A DNA stretch of 64,000 nt from Octopus sinensis (lineage: Eukaryota): positions 7,006,001-7,070,000 of the forward strand of contig NC_043001.1 of NCBI RefSeq assembly GCF_006345805.1. Direction: 5' to 3'. A program made the translations under genes and the position numbers. Shown in pieces: positions 54,560 through 64,000 of this stretch. Position 1 is the first letter of the stretch, and each line of letters starts with the position of its first letter. The notes under the pieces were generated by a model that had not been told where the DNA came from, ran no database searches, and was given only the letters and a program-made list of their open reading frames with translations.

Positions 54560-54772
54560 ATATAAAGTAAATAAATGGTACAACAAGGCACCGATATTTA
54601 CTGGAAAATAGCAACCGTGATAAATACGACGCTATTGTATAGCTTCACAGCGTATCTACGCGTCTTTGCTAGTATATACGCAGTGAAGCTATACAATAGC
54701 GTCGTATTTATTACGATTGCTATTTTACAGTAAATATCGGTGCCTTGCTGTACCATTTATTTACTTTTATAT
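54560..54772. repeat. Near-perfect 213-bp hairpin (arms about 96 bp, 20-nt loop)
   Basis: 54560-54655 versus the reverse complement of 54676-54772 shows 5 substitutions and 1 indel. It lies between two (TA)n tracts. Confidence 0.93.
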
Positions 54773-54983
54773 GTGTGTATATATATATATATATAATATA
54801 TATATATATACATTCTTAGTTATCAAACTGACATACTAGCTGTCTATAAAACAAAGTACATAACAATTTACTTAATTTATTCGTAAGCTGAGTAGCTAGC
54901 TGATTAACTAATTAAATAATTTTCGACTGAAGTTACTACGAATCTAAGTCAAACAAAGATAAGTACCTAAGTAGCTAACTGTA

Positions 54984-55290
54984 GAGGCACATGACTCTAG
55001 TGCTTAGAGCAGCGGAATCGCAGTCGAGGGATTGTGGGTTCGAATCTCAGACTGGGCAATGCGTGTGTTAATGAACGAAACACCAAATCTCAACGCTGCT
55101 TCAGCAGAAGGTAATGACGAATTTCTGATGACACTTTCGCCACAACTTTCTCTTATTCTTTCCTCCTGCATCTAGCAACTCACTTGCAAGAGACCCGTGT
55201 CCCGCCCAGGTGGGGAACCTATACACAATTGAAACCGGGAAAACCGGACCCTATGAGTCCGGCGTGGCTGGAGATGGAACAAATAACAAG
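54984..55290 (+). mobile_element. SINE with family-B head and a different 3' tail
   Basis: It shares the head and ACAACTTTCTCT..TCTT.C.TCCTG with family B, then diverges to GGGGAACCTATAC...CCCTATGAGTCCGGCGTGGCT. Confidence 0.65.
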
Positions 55291-55671
55291 TATATAAATT
55301 CTTAACTTTGGGTATATTGCTATTTTTGAATCTAGTAAAATGAATTTCTAAAAATCGTAAACTTATTAGCCAACACATTTACTAGCTGTCTCAACGTTTA
55401 CTAACTGCCGGTCTTGCTAAAGAGCTAAATATCTAATGAACTGGATACCGTATGAACTAAATCGGATTAATACCAATATGAATATACAAAGGAATATATA
55501 ATTTGATATAATTCATTAGCTAACAGAATAATTAATAGGGTATTTAACTAGCTAACTAACTAACTTGCTTACTTACGTAGTATGGGGCAACTATACTAGC
55601 TAGCTACATATCATACTACCAAATGTACAGATAACAGCGTTTTGCTAATTACGAGTATATATGCTTTGATA

Positions 55672-56070
55672 TCTTTACTTGTTTCAGCCATTTGGCTGCG
55701 GCCATGCTGGAGCACCGCCTTTAGTCGAGCAAATCGACCCCGGGACTTATACTTTGTAAGCCCAGTACTTATTCTATCGATCTCTTTTGCCGAACCGCTA
55801 AGTGAAGGGGACATAAACACACCAGCATAGATTGTCAACAAATGCTAAAGGGACAAACACAGACACACAGACATATACACACACATACATATATATACAT
55901 ATATACGACAGGCTTCTTTCAGTTTCCGTCTACCAAATCCACTCACAAGGCATTGGTCGGCCCGCGGGTATAGAAGAAAACACTTGCCCAAGATGCCACG
56001 CAGTGGGACTGAACCCGGAAACATGTGGTTGGTAGGCAAGCTACTTACCACACAGCCACTCCTGAGCCTA
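55672..56070 (-). mobile_element. SINE family A, full length
   Basis: Reverse complement of the 53561-53972 modules. Confidence 0.93.
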
Positions 56071-56284
56071 TCTAATTAATTATTTAAATAAGTAAAAAAC
56101 TATATAGCTTGCTAGGTCAATGGGCTAGCAAGATATTTAGCGAACTAGCATTGCCCAAATGACCTTAACATTAGATTCACAATTCGAAGCTGCCGCTACG
56201 TTCGGCAGGCCTCCTCAATGATTCACGCAAATTCACAGCCTCACAATTTCTATTCTTCAGCAGACTCTTCTTATTTTTTCTACA

Positions 56285-56475
56285 CTTTTACTTGTTTCAG
56301 TCATTTGACTGCGAGTAAATGGAACCCAGCACCTATTCTACGTAAGCCTAGTACGTATTCTCTTGTGTCTCTTATGTCGAACCACTAAGTGACGGGGACG
56401 TAAACACACCACAATTGGTTGCCAAGCGATGTTGGGGGGACAAACACAGACACAAACATATACACACATACATAC

Positions 56476-56573
<98 letters not shown>

Positions 56574-56720
56574 CGTCGGGCTTCTTTCAGTTTCCGCCTA
56601 CCAAATCCACTCACAAGTCTTTGGTAGGCCTGAGGCTATAGTAGAAGACACTTGCCAAAGGTACCACGCAGTGGGAGGAACCTGAAACCATGAGGTTGGT
56701 AAGCAAGCTACTTACCACAT
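56285..56720 (-). mobile_element. SINE family A with expanded internal (TA)n and a deletion in the tail
   Basis: All modules are recognisable. The internal tract is about 130 bp. Confidence 0.88.
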
Positions 56721-57182
56721 AAGAGAACAAAAAAGAATACATCCTGTCACCGTCAAAGAATACCTGGTCAATTTACTTCAAGGTATAGCAGATAAGCCAC
56801 TTGTAACTGGATATATCCAAGTCAACTATCTGCATCAATATGTCATGATACGACAAAATTTGATTTTAGAATAACAGATTCTCTCATGTAGTATGAAGTT
56901 ATTCACGTCCAGAGCCAATCTTTGGTCGAGACATATCTATGTCATCTACCTAATAGCTAATTTATTCACAAGCTGGTTAACAAGCGAGCACACAAATACA
57001 CAAACTAAGTTATTCACTACCAAACTAACTAGCGCACGGAATGAAAAAGAAAAAAAAAATTGCTGCTTCTGATCACGAACTATATAAATAAATATATAAA
57101 TTCATTCGCTGAATTATATATGCGCAAATAGCAAAGTAGATTTTTGGCTGACTAAATAACTACCAACTGACTAAATAACTAA

Positions 57183-57373
57183 GCTCTATATTTAAGAGTT
57201 GAGGAATTATATACATTATTTACATTTGACTGATATTTGTCCTCTCCTTGTTTGTTGCTAACACAACGTTTCGGCTGATATACACTCCAGCCTTCATCAG
57301 GTGTCTTGGGGGAAATTTCGAACGTGGGTTCTTATTCTCATATTTTTCGATGTTGTTGTTGTTGTTGTTTTTA

Positions 57374-57420
<47 letters not shown>
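57183..57420 (-). mobile_element. Family C element, headless copy: (AAT)n(AAC)n + hammerhead-containing tail
   Basis: Reverse complement aligns with 57501-57687 (AACATCGAAAAATA..GAGAACCCA.GTTC.AAATTTCCC.AAGA.ACCTGATGAAGGCTGGAG..TATATCAGCCGAAACGTTGTGT...GAGGACAAATATC.GTC). Confidence 0.85.
57260..57305 (-). ncRNA. Minimal type I hammerhead ribozyme motif (Penelope-associated, dimer-type)
   Basis: GACAC-CUGAUGA-A-GGCUG-GAGUGUAUAU-CAGCC-GAAA-CG-UU-GUGUU: 5-bp stem I, 5-bp stem II, intact core, stem III reduced to palindromic ACGU, GUU cleavage triplet. Activity not tested. Confidence 0.7.
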
Positions 57421-57423
<3 letters not shown>

Positions 57424-57428
57424 CAATG

Positions 57429-57687
57429 GGATTATGGCGTAGTGGTTAAGAGCGCGGGCAACTAAACCAAGATTCTGAGTTCGATTCCAGGCAGTGACCT
57501 TAATAATAGTAATAAGAAGAAGCAGAACAACAACAACAACAACATCGAAAAATACCTTAGGAATGAGAACCCAGGTTCTAAATTTCCCAAAGATACCTGA
57601 TGAAGGCTGGAGGTTATATCAGCCGAAACGTTGTGTAAAGAACAAAAAAAAGGTGAGGACAAATATCTGTCGAATATAAATAATGTA
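57429..57687 (+). mobile_element. Family C element: tRNA-like Pol III head + (AAT/AAG/AAC)n + hammerhead-containing tail
   Basis: A-box TGGCGTAGTGG (57435-57445), B-box GAGTTCGATTCC (57477-57488), then the same tail as the inverted copy. Confidence 0.85.
57592..57637 (+). ncRNA. Minimal type I hammerhead ribozyme motif
   Basis: AUAC-CUGAUGA(57597-57603)-A-GGCUG-GAGGUUAUAU-CAGCC-GAAA-CG-UU-GUGU: 4-bp stem I including one G-U pair, core intact. Confidence 0.65.
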
Positions 57688-58789
57688 GACTAAATAACTT
57701 TTAACAAACAAAGCTACTAATGAACTATTAGTCAAACTAATTTACTATCTCACTCTTAGTAAAAACAATAGCTTATTAATTAAAAAAACTAAATATATAT
57801 TTTAACTAGCTTGCTAAGTAACTAAATAAATTACTAATTCATTATCTAACTAAGTCTTTAGCTAAATAACTAATAAAATAAATGATCATATTGTTTATTA
57901 GCTGCCTAGCTAAGTGATAATTTAGCTAGGTGGATTACGAGTTATTTAACAATCTAACAAACTTGATCCACATCTTGCTAAGTACTGAGATAACGATGTA
58001 ACTAATTAACTAACGAGCTGGTTAATTTTAACCAATCAGATAGATGGCTAATGAGGTAGTTAGCTCGAGAGCAGACTAACAAACGGAATAATTATGTAGC
58101 TATGTATCTAAATAGCTTAATTGCTAAGTAATTAACAGACGGCCTAAATAACTAGCTGTTGAAGTGTACTGTTAGCAAGGTAACTGATAATCAAAGTAAC
58201 TAAATAATTATCAGCTACCTAAATAGTTTATTAGCTAGTTAAGTAAATAATTATCGAACTAGCTTCTTCACTCCACGCCTAACTAAGTACCTAGCTACTT
58301 TGTCACTTAGTTAGCTACTGCAAATAATATACATAAATGTACTAACTGACGTAAGTTAGTTCTTGAGTAAGTAGGTAAATACGTGGATGATTAATTAAGT
58401 CGACTGATAATTTTCTAACTACTAAACGAAAGGAGTAACTAATAAAATTAAGTAAGTAAATATTTAAGTACGAGTTTCTCTCTGATCATTTAACTAAATA
58501 ATTAAGGAATGCATTAACTAACCAAGTATCAATTAATCTCGAGTTCTATATATCTAATGCTTCAATGAAATAAGCACCAGATTTTGACTTCAAAGCTCTT
58601 CACTTGTGATCCAGATTGGTTGACGCATGCAGAATATATCGAATTGTAAAAACAAACTAAGAACCGATAAAACTATTTCAAATTTTGATATATTGCCTGC
58701 TTTTTGGTGGGGGTTTTTGTTGATAATACCGACAGCAGTGTTCAACATGTACTTATTTTAACGACAGGAAAAAAAAAAGGAGAAACAAT

Positions 58790-60280
58790 AAAGGCTAAGT
58801 CTACTGTGGTTGAATTTGAACTCAGAACGTAAAGACGAACGAAATAACGTTAAGCCTTTTACCCAGTGTCTTAACGATTCTGCCAGCACGCTGTCTTCAG
58901 ACCGAAAACTGTGGCACAGGCCAGCAGTTTAAACGGAGGGGGTAAGTTGATTACATTAAGCTCAGACTTCAGCTTGTACCTATTAAGCGGCAAAGATGAA
59001 AGCCAATATCAACAGTAGCGGAATTTGAACTCAGAATGTAAAGACAGACGATTCTCTGCCAGCCTGTCGCTTTCAAATACTAGACAAATATTATTTTCTA
59101 CTCTTGGCATAAGGCCCAACATTTTTAGGGAGGGGGCCAGTTGATTCGATCGACTTCAGTACGCAACTGGTACTTAATCCATCAACTCCGAAAAGTTGAA
59201 AGGCAAACTCAACATCGGCGGAATTTGAACTCAGAATATGGAGAGGGATGAAATACCTATTTCTATTTCTTTACTACCCACTAGGGGCAAAGCACAGAGG
59301 GGACAAACAAGTACAGGCAAACGGATTATGTCGATTATATCGGACCCAGTACATGGTACTTATTTAATCGACCCCGAAATGATGAAAGGCAAAGTCAACC
59401 TCGGCAGAATTTGAACTCAGAACGTAACGGCAGACGAAATACGGCTACGCATTTCGCCCGGCGTGCTAACGTTTCTACCAGCTCACAGTATAAACTAGAC
59501 AAATAGTCATTTCTACTCTAGGCAAAAGGCCAGAAATTTTGGGGGAGGTGGGCCCGTCGATTAGATCGAACTCAGTACGCAACTGGTACTTAATTTATCG
59601 ATCCCGAAATGATGACAGGCATTTGAACTCAGAACGTATAGACAAACGAAATACCTATTTCTTTACTACCCACAAGGGGCAAAGCACAGAAGGGACAAAC
59701 AAGTACAGGCAAACGGATTATGTCGATTATATCGGACCCAGTGCATGGTACTTATTTAATCGACCCCGAAATGATGAAAGGCAAAGTCAACCTCAGCAGA
59801 ATTTGAACTCAGAACGTACGGCAGACGAAATACGGCTACGCATTTCGCCCGGCGTGCTAACGTTTCTACCAGCTCACAGTATAAACTAGACAAATAGTCA
59901 TTTCTACTCTAGGCAAAAGGCCAGAAATTTTGGGGGAGGTGGGCCCGTCGATTAGATCGAACTCAGTACGCAACTGGTACTTAATTTATCGATCCCGAAA
60001 TGATGACAGGCGTTTGAACTCAGAACGTATAGACAAACGAAATACCTATTTCTTTACTACCCACAAGGGGCTAAACACGGAAGGGAGAAACAAGGACAGA
60101 CGAAAGGTTTAAGTCGATTACATGGACACCAGTGCGTAACTGGTACTTAATTTATCGACCCCGAAATGATGAAAGGAAAAGTCTACCTCGGCGGAATTTG
60201 AACTCACAACGTAACAGCAGACGAAATACCGCTAAGCATTTGGTCCGGCGTGTTAACGATTCCGCCAGCTCGCCGCCTAA
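58790..60280 (-). mobile_element. Head-to-tail array of about eight family-D SINE pieces, including three roughly 400-bp dimer units
   Basis: TTTGAACTCA (reverse-complement B-box) recurs 8 times. ACTAGACAAATA occurs at 59079, 59494, 59885 and 60281 (spacing 415/391/396). About 59270-59680 and 59665-60070 are about 98% identical. Confidence 0.9.
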
Positions 60281-60839
60281 ACTAGACAAATATTGCAAAC
60301 AGTAAACAATATGTCGTGCTTTGGCAACTTTTTTCGATACCAACGCAATTCAATCGATCTTGTGTGAAGAAAAGGTGAAGCTATTTAAGAATATAGAGAG
60401 AGTGACATTGGTGCATAAACACGACTATACATATACGAGGAAGCAAAATCTTCCTAAACGCACGAACACGCGCACAAGAACGCACTTATGTACACACGCA
60501 GAGGTAGGCGCGTTTTAAGCGTGTTTGTGCGTTCGCGCGCATGAGTGTGTGTGTAGGTGTGCGTGTGTGCGTGCTTGTTTGCGTGTAGTTCAATGCATGT
60601 TTACACTACTCTCTCTTGTCACTCTCCTTATGTTTATGAATCTTTCTCACATTCCATCTCTATCTCTTTATATATCTATCTATCTAGCTAGCTGGCTAGC
60701 TATCTGTCTATCTGTCTGTCTGTATATCTGTCTATCTATCTCCCTATATATTTATATATGTGTATGTGTGTTATTATGTATATATGTATGTACATATCTA
60801 TCAATCCATCTATCTATCCATCTGTCTGTCTGCTTGTCT

Positions 60840-60915
<76 letters not shown>

Positions 60916-61878
60916 TATATATACATCATATATATATATATATATGTTATTATGTATATATGTAAGTGTGTATGTATGAATGTATCTACCTATCTATCTG
61001 CCTGTCTGTCTATCTCACTCTCTCTTTTTCTATATATCTATCTATCTATGTTATTATGTATATATGTCTGAACGTATCTATCAATCAATCAATCAATTTA
61101 TTTATCTATTGATATATATATATACATATGTGTATGTGTCTGTCTGTGTGCTGTGTGTTGTGTGTGCGTGTGTAGATAGCTGATATGTACAGCTGCTTAT
61201 GTATATCGTATACTCACAAACATGTAAATGTGTATGTGTGTGTGTGTGTGTTTGTGTGTGTGTGCGTTTGTGTGCGTGTGTGCGTGTGTGTGTGTTCCAG
61301 AGGACAACATATTACGTTAAGCACATCTCTCTCTTCTGCAGTTGTAGACAGTCAAACCAGTTCTCTGATTCTAACGTTGTGATAAAAGTTACCTCCCTTG
61401 CATTCCAGTTGGTTGCCAAACTTCGACTGCCTTCTCTGTTCTTGTAGCAGTAATCAGAGAAAGCTACTTTCTTAGAAACGGTTTCAGCTTTCTCTCTATC
61501 ACTAGGAATGTGTTTTTCTGTTACTCTGTTCTCGATAGTTTTTGCTAGTTTTCTATTTTCTCTTTCTGCAAATATATTCCCATATTTTCTGCTATTTCTC
61601 TCAGTTGCACTAGATGCATATTTGCATATATGTATGCAATCTTTTTCACTCATTCGACTGCAGCCATCCTGGGGTAGCATATTGAAGGATTTTAGTTGGG
61701 TCAATTGATTCCAATGCATATTTTTTTCTAGCTTTTCAAGCATGTCACTTGTTGTATCAGCTTCTCGGGTTGAGCCGCCAATTCAGGGGAGCACAAGCAA
61801 GTCCACACCGGTTCAAAGCCGCTCTGTGTGTGTGTTCGTGGGCAAACATGACCAAAGATACATAGATATACATAGATA

Positions 61879-62107
61879 GCGGCGAGCTGGCAGAAGCGTT
61901 AGCGCGCTGGGCGAAATGCTTAGCGGTATTTCGTCTGTCGATCCGTTCTGAGTTCAAATTCCGCCGAGGTCGACTTTGCCTTTCATCCTTTCGGGGTCGA
62001 TAAATTAAGTATCAGTTACGCACTGGTGTTGATGTAATCAACTTAATCCCTTTGTCTGTCCTTGTTCGTCCCCTCTATCTTTAGCCCCTTGTGGGCAGTA
62101 AAGAAAT
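61879..62107 (+). mobile_element. SINE family D, full length (reference copy)
   Basis: GGCGAGCTGGCAGAAGCGTTAG head, GAGTTCAAATTCC B-box, GAGGTCGACTTTGCCTTTCATCCTTTCGGGGTCGATAAA domain, tail CCCCTTGTGGGCAGTAAAGAAA. Confidence 0.92.
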
Positions 62108-62187
62108 ATATATCTATGTAAATATATATACATTGATATGTGTGTGTATCCATTATACACGTACTATACACACAGATAGATATATCA

Positions 62188-62239
<52 letters not shown>

Positions 62240-62313
62240 CATAGATAGATAAATAGATAGATGATAGATAGATAGATAAATAGATAGATAGATAGATAGA
62301 TAGGTATATATAT

Positions 62314-62351
<38 letters not shown>

Positions 62352-62391
62352 GATAGATAGATAGATAGATAGACAGATAAACATATAGATC

Positions 62392-62429
<38 letters not shown>

Positions 62430-62437
62430 AAAAAGAT

Positions 62438-62592
62438 AGACGTGTTTCTTTCAGCTTCCATCTGTTATTTCCTCTCATAAACTTTTCTTCTACCTTGGTC
62501 TATGTCAGAGCCACTTGGCCAAGGTGCCACAGAGTTGAACTGAAACCGGAACCATGTGGTTGGGAAGCAATATGCTTTCCACATAGCCACAG
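62438..62592 (-). mobile_element. Degenerate SINE family A head
   Basis: CCAAGGTGCCAC...GAAACCGGAACCATGTGGTTGG. Confidence 0.7.
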
Positions 62593-63055
62593 GTATTTTC
62601 TAAATATTGTTCTTTCCCCATGGAAATATCCCCTATAAGTCTTATGGCATCAAACTTACATAAGATAAAAATCTTACATATAATGTCGTTTTTACATCTC
62701 TAGACTTTTACGTATATCTCCGAATTAAATAGAGAATTTCAGCGCGGAAATTATTTTTGTTTAAATCTGCACATTTTTGAACATGCAGTGGAGTTCGTTC
62801 TTTGAACGAACAACCTAATGCAGCTTTATCATAATTTCCAGCATAAAATGGACCATGAGACGAAGGGAACAAAGATTTTGTCCGTGTATGCATGTATGTA
62901 TGTAGATATAGGTGTATATATACGTGTGTGTGTGTGACATGTAAGAATGCGGTAGTGCTCCTGAATGGGCGCAGCCATTTGATGCAAAGCTAGTAAAAGA
63001 GCATAAGCACAGACACACGAGCACATATTCTAACACACATTCGCAGTTTATCCTA

Positions 63056-63088
<33 letters not shown>

Positions 63089-63090
<2 letters not shown>

Positions 63091-63217
63091 GTGTAGGAGT
63101 TGTAAGTAGCTTGCTTACCAATCACACAGTTCTGGGTTCATTCCTACAGCGTAGAATCTTCGGCAAATGTCTTCATACCAAAGATCTGAGATTGGATGTC
63201 TCTGAAAGAAGCCCGTT
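63089..63217 (+). mobile_element. Degenerate SINE family A head
   Basis: GTAAGTAGCTTGCTTACCAA...CTGAAAGAAGCCCGT. Confidence 0.7.
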
Positions 63218-63259
63218 ATATTTATATATAAGTATTTAAGTATATATATAAGTATTTAA

Positions 63260-63309
<50 letters not shown>

Positions 63310-63321
63310 CTATATATGATA

Positions 63322-63362
<41 letters not shown>

Positions 63363-63387
63363 TATTATATATATATAAGTATTTAAG

Positions 63388-63420
<33 letters not shown>

Positions 63421-63572
63421 AGTATATATATATGTATTTAAGTATATATGTATAGATATATATATTCATATATATATATATATATATTATATATTACATA
63501 AATATATACATAATAATATATATATAGCATGTATATAGATATATCTGTATATATAAATACATACATAATACA

Positions 63573-63607
<35 letters not shown>

Positions 63608-64000
63608 CACACGCACACATACACACACACACACACATATTATATATATTATATATTAATATATAATATATAAATATATATTTATATATATGTATATATG
63701 TATATATACATATATTAATCAATCAATCATCAATCATATATATTTATACACTACATATATGTGGATGTATATGTATATATATATATATATTATATATATA
63801 TATATATGTATCTATCTATCTATCGATATACATACATACATACAACATACATACATACATACATACACATGCATACCTATGTGTGTGTGTGTATAATAGT
63901 AGAACTGATTGATGTTGAACGGAGCCAGCAGTAATAGATTTATTAGCATTTTACCTGACGTTGTGAAAACAAATATTTGATGTTGTATGTAGTTTTTGCA

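Larger units (their letters stand above)
54810..58560. repeat. Cryptic 4-bp-periodic (TANN)n domain interrupted by SINEs
   Basis: For example from 58089: TAAT TATG TAGC TATG TATC TAAA TAGC TTAA TTGC TAAG TAAT TAAC AGAC GGCC TAAA TAAC TAGC. A similar texture appears between the SINE insertions. Confidence 0.65.

Noticed and set aside
57429-57500. tRNA gene calls for SINE heads (also 37100-37176 and 48020-48091)
   Set aside because: They have A/B boxes but I could not fold a full cloverleaf with an acceptor stem, and they continue into SINE bodies.
59079-60292. Regularly spaced short repeats resembling a CRISPR array
   Set aside because: The spacers are about 400-bp mutually homologous SINE dimers in eukaryotic DNA, with no cas genes.
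5603-63896. Dozens of ORF-track entries rich in YI/IY, HT/TH, CV/VC, LS or YLSI repeats
   Set aside because: They are translations of (TA)n, (CA)n, (GA)n and (TATC)n microsatellites, which lack stop codons in some frames. They are not genes.

Overview
Eukaryotic, AT-rich, repeat-dominated DNA. The (TA)n/(CA)n density and the SINE families resemble octopus (cephalopod) genomic DNA; this is an inference from recall, not a database result. I cannot identify any host protein-coding gene, and most entries in the ORF track are read-through of microsatellites. The window holds one apparently full-length CR1-clade LINE (661-5325, minus) and a 5'-truncated sister copy. It also holds fragments of a second CR1 family, a complete but pseudogenised mariner with TIRs and TA TSD, a second mariner relic, a non-autonomous Helitron, more than 20 tRNA-derived SINE copies from about five families, two long foldback repeats and many microsatellites. 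Three observations stand out. (1) The LINE's ORF2 has no AUG upstream of its endonuclease domain, and its frame opens four codons before an in-frame U-UUU-UUA slippery heptamer in ORF1, which suggests -1 ribosomal frameshifting. (2) That ORF1 has an unusual Myb/SANT-like + polyQ + tandem CCCH architecture. (3) A tRNA-headed SINE-like element carries a minimal, Penelope-type hammerhead ribozyme core and is present as two divergent copies at 57.2-57.7 kb.
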